In this document: piece after piece, positions 35,026 to 46,824 of the stretch
How positions within the stretch are numbered: position 1 is the first letter of the stretch
Layout of the letters: each line of letters begins with the position of its first letter
Assembly: GCA_951406725.2 (NCBI GenBank)
Contig: OX597821.1
Span: forward strand, 33,480,001 to 33,544,000
Length of the DNA stretch: 64,000 nucleotides
Reading direction: 5' to 3'
Source: Octopus vulgaris
Lineage: Eukaryota
The notes under the pieces: model-generated
Seen by the model: the letters and a program-made list of their open reading frames with translations, nothing else
What the model was told of the DNA's origin: nothing
Database searches by the model: none
Made by a program: the position numbers and the translations under genes

Positions 35026-36350
35026 TTACCATTCCCCTCCTCTCCTCTTCTCTGAATAAAAAATCGACGCTATTATCCACTCTGGTTCTATCGATGATAG
35101 GATTCTTCCCACCCTAATTCTGGCAATTCGTTTGTCCAAACTGTTTGGCATCAAAATCCATTTCTCTCCCTGTATCAGCCTGTTGGAGGTATTTTCCGCC
35201 TCCTCTTCTGATACAAGGGTTACCACCATCGACGCATATCTCTTCCCTCTCGTAAAGAACGTTATGCTGTTTCCTATCAGTTCTTCCAAAATTTCTTCTA
35301 TTTCTTTCTGCAGTGTGTATTCAGTTTGTCTATTTTTATTTGAAAATGATCTGAAAATGACGGTCTTCTTTTCCATTTTAACTTTTACCTCCTGTGGCAG
35401 AGTCATTTTTATATTTGACCCATCCTTTTCTACCATACTGTAATATTTCTGTATCAGAAAAGGAGCAACTGGTACAGAAGGAGATCTGTAAATTGATTTT
35501 TGTTGACGGGATGGTCACCCTGACAGTGGGGTACTCTAAGCCACTGACATTGAAATGTCTATCCGTGGGGGCGATCTCCTGCTTGGCAACAGTCATCACC
35601 CCACCTCCACACCCCAGTGCAGCAGGCCTGTCTGTTCTAGTGATCTTCGACTGCACAGTAAGATGGATGCTACTTGTTGATTCTGCTTCAAGAACGCTTC
35701 CACGAAACAAAAAACATATCAATATTTTGAAGAGTGTTATCTGCTTTCAAGTCTTGTTCATGTTGAAAGTAGGACCTGATTTTGAGCAGTCTAATCTGCA
35801 GTCCTCCATGAATAACTGTGGGAGCAGCAGAAGGCAAAGTTTCAGACAGCGTTTGCCGTCGAAGCCTCTCCATTTCACGAACAACAGATGGACTAGTGCG
35901 GATTGCAGTGGCATCAGATCCAAGCAAGAAGAGGCCACTGAAGTGTTGGACACAACTGAAGGCAACATATGCCTGGCCATGCATGAAGGAACTTTTTCCT
36001 TGCATGGCAACAACAATCTTATCCATGGTCTTGCCCTGGACTTTATATATGGTACAACCCCAGTCCAGTGAGAGAGGAAATTACGAACGCTTTGCTTCCA
36101 CAGATTGTCTACCCCTCCTGGTATAGAGCTGAACATCCATTCATTTGATGGGAACTACTCCCGGGAATGACCTCTTGTACTGGCTGTCAGCGATGGCCTG
36201 CTTACCTACCCATTCACTGTCAAATTTGATGAGGATTGTATGGATGTCACTACCAGTGTTGTCGATCGGGACAACTGTACCACAGACGCCATTTGCCAAA
36301 CTGTCAGAGACGTCTATGTTGACAGTTATCATCACTCTAGTGCTAACTGC
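35026..36350 (-). mobile_element. ORF1 fragment + Helentron PIF1-helicase/endonuclease fragment, cassette copy 2
   Basis: NIDVSDSLANG..GTV and HGQAYVAFS helicase motifs followed by the IRSY..H..DL..D APE start. Confidence 0.8.
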
Positions 36351-37872
36351 TAAAGTCATGGCCGTCACTACAGAGCCTACGTAGACGGAGGAATTGGGAA
36401 TAGGGGATGGAAAGCTTGGTGTGTTTGGGGTGGGAGGAAGAGAAGTTTAGGTATGAGTGTGAGTCTGTGTTTGTAGTGAATGGAGGTGGTAAGAGTGGAG
36501 TGATGAATGCTGACCGAAATGTCGAGGAAGGAGACAGAGGTGTTGGAGATAGTGCAGGTGAAATGGAGGGAAGGATTGAACGAAAGAGAGGAAGGAATCT
36601 AGATGTTCACGGGAGAGTGAGGTGGCACCGATAATGTCGTCAATGTAACGACCGTATAGTTCGGGAGTGGGACCAGTGAAACTAGAGAATATTTGGGCCT
36701 CAACATAGCCAATGAACAGGTTGGCATAGTTGGGGCCCATTCGTGTTCCCATGGCCACTCCCGTGAACATGTTGGTAGAACTCGCCCGCGAACGAGAAGC
36801 AGTTGAGAGAAAGGACAAGTTCGGCCAGACGAATGAGTGTGGAGGTGTCGGGTTCGGGGTTGAGGCAGAGGTCGAGAAAGTGTTGAAGGGCCCGCAGTCC
36901 TTCATGGTGAGGGATGACGGTATAGAGGCTCTGGATGTCCATAGTAAAAAGTATTTTGGAGGAAAGGAGAAAGAGTTGAAAAGCCGGAGAGCATGGTTGG
37001 TGTCGTGGATGTGGGAGGGAAGAGACGCCACTAGGGGGGCAAGGACACGGTCGAGGTATGTTTAACCTTGGTCAATTGTCATTGCTTCAGCTCAACATTT
37101 TGTGGCTGAAAGATGTAGTCGGTAGGCCAAATCCAAAAAGGGCCTTATTTATTGAGTTGGTTGCACCCACTTCCCTGCAACTTTAGTTTGATGGTACCAC
37201 ATTGTTCCTGGGTCTACGGGGATGACATTTTCACTTGTCATTAGGGCAACAGCTTTTTTTATAAGTAAAGGTGAGTCTTGAGGCGATTAAAAGTGGAAAT
37301 TTGTGATACACAGGTAACCATTGGAAATATTTGTCTATTAACGCCCTTGATGTCACTGAAATGAAGGAAATATACCTCTTTACCATACCCATGGTGAATT
37401 TTTTTCATTTTCCATTGCCCAAAATTAGAAAATCTCGCCAATTTGTCTGAAAAAACGCCCATTTTTTAATGTTTTTTCACAGTATATTGACTTTCATTCC
37501 CATTTTGTTTACCATTCCCCTCCTCTCCTCATCTCTGAATAAAAAATCGACGCTATTATCCACTCTGGTTCTATCGATGGTGGGATTCTTCCCACCTTAA
37601 TTCTGGCAATTCATTTGTCCAAACTGTTTGGCATCAAAATCCATTTCTCTCCCTGTATCAGCCTGTTGGAGGTATTTTCCGCCTCCTCTTCTGATACAAG
37701 GGTTACCACCATCGACGCATATCTCTTCCCTCTCGTAAAGAACGTTATGCTGTTCCCTATCTGTTCTTCCAAAATTTCTTCTATTTCTTCCTGCGGTGTG
37801 TATTCAGTTTGTCTATTTTTATTTGAAAATGATCTGAAAATGACGGTCTTCTTTTCCATTTTAACTTTTTCT
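36351..37872 (-). mobile_element. Penelope RT + linker + ORF1 fragment, cassette copy 3
   Basis: Same order and junctions as copies 1, 2 and 4. Confidence 0.85.
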
Positions 37873-37957
37873 TCGTCTAAAGTCCCCAGACAGCAAGACA
37901 ATGGCACCCCACCCCCATCTATTTGTGGCTTCCCTCTATGTCTCGTAAAGTTCTGTC

Positions 37958-38615
37958 TATAGTGTGTGTGAGATTCGAATATAAAGGTACTTACCTTCTC
38001 TTCGCTCTGATGGAGACCCTTCAGTGGTAATGTATCCTTTGACACAGCCCCGACCCAAACACTAAAGATAGCAGCTGCTTCACCCAACCTTAGCAACGTC
38101 TTCACACGTCGACAACCCTCGTTCGAAACGCCGAGGTCAGCGCTCGCTGCGCGCTTAACGGCTGCCCCTTCCAGTTGACCCCAGTTCCGGTCCCCAGCTG
38201 CTGATGTCATCCCATACGCCACCCTGATCTTAAAGATCACAATCTCTCTACTCCATGTCGTAGTCCACCGTCCAACCGGGAGGGCGCCTTGAGCGTCGAG
38301 ATTTTCTCAAGCTGGACACTTCGTTCTCCCCCTCTCCATAATCGTCGTCCGTCGAAGCGACAGTCCTGCCAAGGTCCAAGACGTGTCGTGGCATTCCATC
38401 CATGGAGACGTTGTTTCTGGAATTGACCGCCGTCACCATTCCTCTGCTCCATTGAGACGTACAGCGCGCCTTTGGTGGCTTAACCCAGACTTCCTCCCCT
38501 ATTTTCACGCAGATGGGCCTCTTCTCTTTATGGTGACCCTCCGGCGCTTTGCTCGGGTGCCTCCATTCATATTTGAATACAGCTCTCTGTGGCACAGATT
38601 CCTCAGCTTGTCCAG
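37958..38615 (-). mobile_element. Gypsy G1 3' LTR, PPT and integrase tail
   Basis: LTR homologous to 44254-44471; PPT ATCAGGGTGGCG; VWVKPPKARC. Confidence 0.85.
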
Positions 38616-40466
38616 ATCGGTCTCGTAGGTTATGGGCTCGTTTGAAGGTGGGGAGGGCTCGGTTAGGGAAGAGGTGTGATGTGGACGGGTCGGACTGGAG
38701 ATGCCGGAAAGCTCTAAGAATGGTGCATTGGAGAGGTAGGGTCGTGGGGTGGTAAGTGAGGGGAAAAGGGAGGCGGGAGACTACAGGGCATGTTCGGGGG
38801 GAGAGAGTAGATGCACGGTCTACGGAACGTGCTCTGGCAAGGGCGGTGTGGATAGTGGTGAGGGGTATCCACGTAGGATGAAGTGGCAAGCCACGAGTTG
38901 AGACTGAGTCTCAAAGTCATGGTTGTCACTACAGAGCCTACGTAGACGGAGGAATCGGGGATGGAAAGCTTGGTGTGTTTGGGGTGGGAGGAAGAGAAGT
39001 TTAGGTATGAGTGTGAGTCTGTGTGTTTGTAGTGAATGGAGGTGGTAAGAGTGGAGTGATGAATGCTGACCGAAATGTCGAGGAAGGAGACAGAGGTGGA
39101 GGGCAGGATGGAAGGATTGAACGAAAGAGAGGAAGGAATCTAGATGTTCACGGGAGAGTGAGGTGGCACCGATAATGTCATCAATGTAACGACCGTATTG
39201 TTCGGGAGTGGGACCAGTGAAATTAGAGAATATTTGGGGCTCAACATAGCCAACAAACAGGTTCGCATAGTTGGGGCCCATTCGCGTTCCCATGGCCACT
39301 CCCGAACATGTTGGTAGAACTCGCCCGCGAATGAGAAGCAGTTGAGAGAAAGGACAAGTTCGGCCAGACGAATGAGTGTGGAGGTGTCGGGTTCGGGATT
39401 GAGGCAGAGGTCGAGAAAGTGTTGAAGGGCCCGCAGTCCTTTGTGGTGAGGGATGACGGTATAGAGGCTCTGGATGTCCATAGTAAAAAGTATTTTGGAG
39501 GAGCCGGGAGGAAAGGAGAAAGAGTTGAAAAGTCGGAGAGCATGGTTGGTGTCGTGGATGTGGGAGGGAAGAGACGCCACTAGGGGGCAAGGACACGGTC
39601 GAGGTATGTTTAACCTTGGTCAATTGTCATTGCTTCAGCTCAACATTTTGTGGCTGAAAGATGTAGTCGGTGGGCCAAATCCAAAAAGGGCCTTATTTAT
39701 TGAGTTGGTTGCACCCACTTCCCTGCAACTTTAGTTTGATGGTACCACATTGTTCCTGGGTCTACGGGGATGACATTTTCACTTGTCATTAGGGCAACAG
39801 CTTTTTTATAAGTAAAGGTGAGTCTTGAGGCGATTAAAAGTGGAAATTTGTGATACACAGGTAACCATTGGAAATATTTGTCTATTAACGCCCTAGATGT
39901 CACTGAAATGAAGGAAATATACCTCTTTACCATACCCATGGTGAATTTTTTTCATTTTCCATTGCCCAAAATTAGAAAATCTCGCCAATTTGTCTGAAAA
40001 AACGCCCATTTTTTAATGTTTTTTCACAGTATATTGATTTTCATTCCCATTTTGTTTACCATTCCCCTCCTCTCCTCATCTCTGAATAAAAAATCGACGC
40101 TATTATCCACTCTGGTTCTATCGATGGTGGGATTCTTCCCACCCTAATTCTGGCAATTCGTTTGTCCAAACTGTTTGGCATCAAAATCCATTTCTCTCCC
40201 TGTATCAGCCTGTTGGAGGTATTTTCCGCCTCCTCTTCTGATACAAGGGTTACCACTATCGACGCATATCTCTTCCCTCTCGTAAAGAACGTTATGCTGT
40301 TTCCTATCTGTTCTTCCAAAATTTCTTCTATTTCTTCCTGCGGTGTGTATTCAGTTTGTCTATTTTTATTTGAAAATGATCTGAAAATGACGGTCTTCTT
40401 TTCCATTTTAACTTTTTCCTCCTCTGTCAGAGTCATTTTTATATTTGACCCATCCTTTTCTACCAT
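38616..40466 (-). mobile_element. Penelope RT + linker + ORF1 fragment, cassette copy 4
   Basis: Near-identical to copies 1-3. Confidence 0.88.
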
Positions 40467-41900
40467 ACTGTAATATTTCTGTATCAGAAAAGGAGCAACT
40501 GGTACAGAAGAAGATCTGTAAATTGATTTTTGTTGACGGGATGGTCACCCTGACAGTGGGGTACTCTAAGCCACTGACATTGAAATGTCTATCCGTGGGG
40601 GCGATCTCCTTCTTGGCAACAGTCATACCCCACCTCACCCCAGTGCAGCAGGCCTGTCTGTTCTACTGATCTTCGACTGCAGTAAGATGGATGCTACTTG
40701 TTGATTCTGCTTCAAGAACGCTTCCACGAAACAAAAACTACATCAACATTTTGAAGAGTGTTATCTGCTTTCAAGTCTTGTTCATGTTGAAAGTAGGACC
40801 TGGTTTTGAGTAGTCTGATCTGCAGTCCTCCATGAATAACTGTGGGAGAAGCAGAAGGCAAAGTTTCAGACGACGTTTGCCGTCGAAGCCTGTCCATTTA
40901 ATGAACAACAGATGGTCTAGTGCGGATTGCAGTGGCATCAGATCCAAGCAAGAAGAGGCCACTGAAGTGTTGGACACAACTGAAGGCAACATATGCCTGG
41001 CCAAGCATGAAGGAACTTTTTCCTTGCATGGCAACGACAATCTTATCCATGGTCTTGCCCTGGACTTTATATATGGTGCAACCCCAGGCCAGTGAGAGAG
41101 GAAGTTACGAATGCTTTGCTTCCACAGATCGTCTACCCCTCCTGGTATAGAGCTGAACATTCAGTCATTTGATGGGAACTACTCCCATGAATGACCTCTT
41201 GTACTGGCTGTCAGCGATGACCTGCTAACAACCCATTCACTGTCAAATTTGATGAGGGTTGTATGGATGCCACTACCAGTGTTGTCGATCCTGACAACTG
41301 TACCACAGACGCCATTTGCCAAACTGTCAGAGACGTCTATGTTGACAGTTATCATCATTCTAGTGCTAACTGCTACAGACAGTACTTCCCTGAGGTCGCC
41401 AGTATCTGATGCCTTCGTGTAAATGGCAACATCAGTAAGGCCAGTCTGGACGGCTTTCTTTTTGTCGATAGCTTTGATGTCATAAATCAGGTGAAACAGC
41501 TTGAGGTGTTCTGTGTTGTGTTCATCAACCTCTTTGTTCGTCTTAAACACGTGAAAGGCGTTCACTTGGTAGTCAGTGTCTTCTTTGGTGATGACTCTGG
41601 TCTTAAGCAAGGTTATACCATCTTCCATGCAGGCAGCTGTCCTGACCCTCGTCAATAATTGGGCCAAACGTTGATCTTCCTTTTGTCGCATGCTCTCTGT
41701 GAGTTCCATCACTTTGAAGTTTTCCTCCTACAGAGATCCATGGAAGCAGGTGTAGTTGTCTCTCAGGAAGCCGAAGACGTGATTCTGGCCTACAGGTTGC
41801 AGTTGATAGAGATCCCCAACGGCCATCACACTGACTCCTCCAAATCGTGAATCTGGGTCAGAGTTCCTGCAGCTGTCTTGAATAATGGCAGAAATGCTCT
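40467..41900 (-). mobile_element. Helentron PIF1 helicase + AP endonuclease remnant
   Basis: [57 protein letters not shown] motifs, then APE motifs. Confidence 0.88.
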
Positions 41901-43159
41901 GCCCGAGCCAGTTTCGTGGGGCAGAGCGTGTGATCTGAAGGAAGGTGATTTTGTCTGTCCTGTTATGCAACAAGGCGGCCATCGCCTCCCTTGCATCAAC
42001 TTAAGGTGGCACTTCTTTCACCCTTACACGAGCAGTTTGTCTCCCCATGTAGGTTGGCAGAAGGGTACTAGTATCGTAGACTGGTCCCGGTTTGCGCACT
42101 AGCCAGACGTAGGTACTCGATCCTACGAGGTGACTTGCGTGATTCACGCATGCGCGTTCCACCCCCTGCAATTTCACTAAGGAAAATTTTTTTTTTTAAT
42201 TCGGATTTTATGTTTCTTATAGCGGTTTAAAGGACACGATTAAAATATTCAACATACGTGGTCGTTCAGTTAGCCCCCACACCCCCACCCAAAGGAAAAA
42301 TTCTTTTTTTAAATTCGTTGGTCGGGTTTGTTTCGACCTGCTGGAATTGGAATTTTCGAAAAGTAAAAATTTTGCATTATGTAGTTTGTTATTGTGTTCA
42401 AGTGAACATTTTTCTGTGTGGCGACACAGCAGTGAAAAAATGTTATAAAATAGGGATTTTCATAGAAAAAAAGCAGCTTTTTTATGTAAATAATTTTTGG
42501 TGTTAACATGGTCCAATTTGAATTTTATCTTCTACGGAAGAAAGAGCAACCCTTCTTCTATCATACTCTCAATTTTGGTCAACTTGCGCTGCAGGGTCTC
42601 GGAGGAGATAGTGTTAGTTGAAGGCTACCAAACCTGCCGCTCAACAATTGACAACTGAAGTACACTACCAAAATTTAGCGACAGAAAATAAATTAAAAAC
42701 CAATTCACCTTTTCTATTGAGTTATGGCAATTCGACCGTCGGTGTGTGTTTGCAAATGTGTTCGAATGAGAAACTGAATATTGTTTGGCACCCTTTTTAC
42801 TAATAACAAACACACACACGTGTGTGTGTGTGTGTTTGAGTTCTTTGTATGTAGTTGTTAGGACACGATTAAAATATTCAACATACATGGTTGCAATTTT
42901 TACTAAGGGAAAATTTTTTTTTAAAATTCGGATTTTTTGCGTGGAATCAAGTACTTTGACCTCCTTACCCTAATATGCTACAAATCCCATATTTTGGTTC
43001 CGAAAAGGGGTTGGCGAATTGGATTTTTTTTTTTTTTCGTTGAATGAATTGCGGTTCGAAAAATGGAGTGGGGTGATATAGAAAGAGTGTATAATTGGTG
43101 TATTCGTTTCTATGCAACAATTTAAATGATTTATACGAATAAACAGAAATATATGTTGT

Positions 43160-43672
43160 ACATACCTTCATTTTCTTGTCTTCTCTGTCCCATCCTCCGA
43201 AAACCCATCTCTCCTGTGGCATCCTACCTCTGTTATATTTTCTCTTGCACATCATGGATTCATCAATTTCCACGATGTGCCCGACCCCACCAATTTGGTA
43301 CGGGTTAATGACAAGATTGTGACTACAGATGTCACGCATGTATTGAAACCACTGAATAACAGTAGTTTTGGCCAATCCAGTCAATTCTATTGTTGATGAT
43401 ATTGGTATGTTGTTACTCCATAAAACTGTTACATGTATGAAGTCACGTAATTTTATTTTAGGGTTTTCCAGGTGGGATTTCTTCCTAATAGATACTTTTT
43501 CACCTTTGTGTGTTGGGCAGCGAAATATTTTTTCTTCGTTGTATTTTATGAGAGTCATTTCTCTCTGACATTGCACACAATGCGGAGATACATCATTCAA
43601 AACTTTCTTTTCCTTTAGGAAGGAATATGTGGTATCGAAATCTCGGACGATACTATACATATCATACATCAT
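43160..43672 (-). mobile_element. Merlin/IS1595-like transposase, N-terminal half
   Basis: CxxC..C..H Zn ribbon; QWFQYMRDIC; IGGVGHIVEIDES..KRKYNRGR..WVFGG; GTATGT donor where homology stops. Confidence 0.88.
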
Positions 43673-43734
43673 ATTTAATAATAATATTTTTTTAGCAAAG
43701 TAAATAATTTTTTAAACTTAAATAATAATTTTTT

Positions 43735-44471
43735 CAACACGCGGGCCTGAGTCACATGTTCGCTCAGCGCCATCTTTTTAATCCCGGGCAATCGTTGTCG
43801 GTGAATCCCTACATAGTTGGGGAACCCATTTACAAATGCCAGCCGCGCTGCTCTCTCCAGCCCTTCTCCCGTAAACCCAGCCAGCGTCACTCACCTTCTA
43901 ACTTCTGCCGCGTACTCGTCCACCTGTCCTCCTGTACATCTGATCACACCCAGCTTAGCAAAAGCTGTGTATTCACATTCTGTGTAGGCATCCCGCAAAC
44001 GTAGCTCTATCTTTTCCTCGCTCAGGCGTTCCTCCTCCTCAATTCTCAAGGTATAGCGTTAACGCGCTCCCTTCTAAATACAGCGCCATAAGACTTGCCA
44101 CATCGCTTATACCTTGCAGTCTTGCCACCAACCTGACTTTATGAATCCAGGCCACTACATCGCCTTCACCATTAAAGGGTCTGATGATGTCGCTGGCGAT
44201 CCTAATTTTCGCAGACATTGTGGTGACGACTTATGTGGAGTGCCGAAATAGCTTGTAGTGTGTGCGAGATTCGAATATAAAGGCACCTACCTTCTCTTTG
44301 CTCTGATGGAGACCCTTCAGTGGTAACGGATCCTTCGACACAGCCCCGACCCGAATGCTAAAGATAGCAGCTGCTTCACCCAACCTTAGCAACGTCGACG
44401 GCCCTTGTTCGTAAGGCCGATATCGCCGCTCGCTGCGCGCACCTCACGGCTGCTGCTGACGTCATCCCACA
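43735..44471 (-). mobile_element. Gypsy G1 5' LTR (44254-44471), PBS and gag fragment
   Basis: TG...CA LTR; FNGEGDVVAWIHKVRLVARLQG gag start. Confidence 0.88.
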
Positions 44472-44489
44472 CCGTCTAATGCCTCAAGG

Positions 44490-44760
44490 GCAACCTTATG
44501 AGCCATTGTGCATTCATCCCAAACAATCAGCATTGTGGTTGCAAACAGGCATTGGTGAACTTGCGAGGTTAAGGGGATGCTTAAACGTAGAGTGTGCAGT
44601 CCTACCACCAGGGAGCAGAGTAGCAGCTATGCCCAAAGTTGTCACAGCTATTGCCACCTTTATGACCCTGGACTTGCTGAACGACAGTGTCGTAGGCATG
44701 CTTCTGGTCAGGTGGCTGGAGTGCCTCATTGATCTGTACCTGTGCGGATAGTTCAGTAAT
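44490..44760 (-). mobile_element. Helitron PIF1 helicase fragment
   Basis: IAVTTLGIAATLLPGGRTAHSTFKHPLNL. Confidence 0.85.
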
Positions 44761-45139
44761 ATATCATAAGATGTTTCCCGAACAATCTCAGAAGGGAGAT
44801 CATTTGAAGTAGGCTTTGCAGCGTGGGGCAAGCTTTTAAGTGGTCATTATGTGACTGCCTAAAGCTAAAGTCTTGTTTCCAATCTCAATTAGCGCTAGGT
44901 TGTATATTGTATCAGCACTAGGCTGTACATTGTATTGGTGAAACCATACTCAATTTCATTTTTACCAAATAATTTACAAAGGAGGGAATGGGTTATTTCC
45001 CTTGGAAGCTTAAAAATAATTACAACCACTGTTCAACTGCACCCAAATGTTGTTGTTCCACCGTTTACCCAAATATTTTTCGAAATCAATTTATATTTAA
45101 AACCTCCCCAGACACATATGCAATGTGCGTGTTAAGTTT

Positions 45140-46782
45140 AAGAAAAATTGGTCAAGCTGTTTTGGCACAAAACAAAGACATACCGATACACAAACACATA
45201 TTTTCAGTTTTAATATGTAAGACTAACTTAAGGTAACCTGCTCTACGCACGGGTGAGGGTGTGGTTGTTTCTTTTGCTTACTTTCTGTTTCTTATCACCA
45301 CATTCTCCCTCTGTGTTTCTCTCTCCTTTCTCACTTTGCCACTCTCTTACACTTTATCTTTCTCTATCTATCTCTCTCCCATTTATAAAATAGAAAAGAT
45401 CTTGAGTAAGTTGAGAAAGAACATGTTTTGAAAGATCAATCATAAATATCAGGCAGTGACAACGGAAAGCACACTAACCTTTTGTACTTGCTACTATTTG
45501 AATGATTAAAAATAAGGAAAAAAAGGATTTCTTTGTTAAATTTAGTACTTATTTTGGAAATTTTTCAACGATTAACCATGCAAATGAAAGCTCTAAACAC
45601 AGGCTACATGCAGCTGTAAATTTCTTTCAGAGAAAATGAAAGCTGTAAACAATAAAAAATAAAAGGCAAAAATACGTAAAAATGAGAAATTTATTTCAAC
45701 TTCAAAAATCTTGCCTTAATTTTCAAAATTTTGAACCCATTTTCTGCACTTAAATTACAAATCCGCTTCCACTTTACCATGTTGAAAATTTGATTGAAAT
45801 CGGGCAAAAGGTGTCCAATCTAGACCCCAGGTGTCTTCAAAAATCAATAAAATCCCCATTTTCACACCAAAGCAACCACTATAGCGCCGCAAAAGTGTCC
45901 TAATCAATTTCTCACCTCAAGTTACCCCCTCCTGTAAATCTTAATCCCCATTTAGACCCCGTTTTACATAAAGATCCAATTTGTATCAACGTTCGCCTTC
46001 TTCATTTTATGGATAGGATTAGATGCCAATTGCACTAATCTCGAGGGGCTTAGAGTTCCCTTGAATCTTCTCACCATAGCAACCGCATCTTTCCAGATGG
46101 TGGGTTTTGATCTACTCAGCTCTCTGCCTCATTACGCCTTCTATTCATGTGTCAATTTTCAGCTCGATCTGACCACTGGTCTGCCCGCCAACCTCTGACG
46201 TAGCAAAATGTGCACACAATTTTACGCACAATTTTAACCCGAAGCCTCTTTTATATATATAGATAGCAGAGAAACCCGGTCTTGCTTGGGATTAAAATAG
46301 TTTATCATTGTTTTATTTGTTTCGGTATTATAACTCGATTTCATTTGGGTCTACGTGGGCCACACTTTAAAGATGAGGAATTTTGCCCTAGAGGTCACAC
46401 CTTTCAATTGAGCAAACTCAATTGGTGTGCAAATTTTCAGCTGAATCCGACCATATTTACTAACACTTTTGCCTGTATAACTGCTTGTGAGACAACGTCT
46501 GCCCTTTTCACAAATATGTAGTAGACCTACAGAGATACCCAGCCTTGCTTGGGATTAAAATGGCATAGTTTTTTATTGTCTTACTTGTTTGGTTAATATA
46601 ACCCAATTTCATTCGAGTCTAATTGGGCCACATTTTAAAAGATGAGGAATTTTGTCCTAGAGGTCATGCCTTTCATTTGAGAGAAAAATAGTTGCCATGC
46701 AAACTCGCCAGCACTTTTAACATAGGTGTGCATATTTTCAGCTCAACCGACCACATAATGCAGAGATAATATATATATATAC

Positions 46783-46790
<8 letters not shown>
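45140..46790 (+). mobile_element. Tandem non-autonomous Helentron-associated (HINE/DINE-like) elements
   Basis: Repeated heads ACCC.G.CTTGCTTGGG at ~46275 and ~46540; 46263-46520 and 46527-46780 are homologous tandem units; ends resemble TATATAGAT. Confidence 0.5.

Positions 46791-46822
<32 letters not shown>

Positions 46823-46824
<2 letters not shown>

Noticed and set aside
38248-38889. In-frame Penelope-thumb / Gypsy-integrase-tail fusion ORF (also the gag-PLE chimera 48867-49157)
   Set aside because: By-product of rearrangement junctions; the sister copy at ~33250-33850 is frameshifted, so there is no sign of selection
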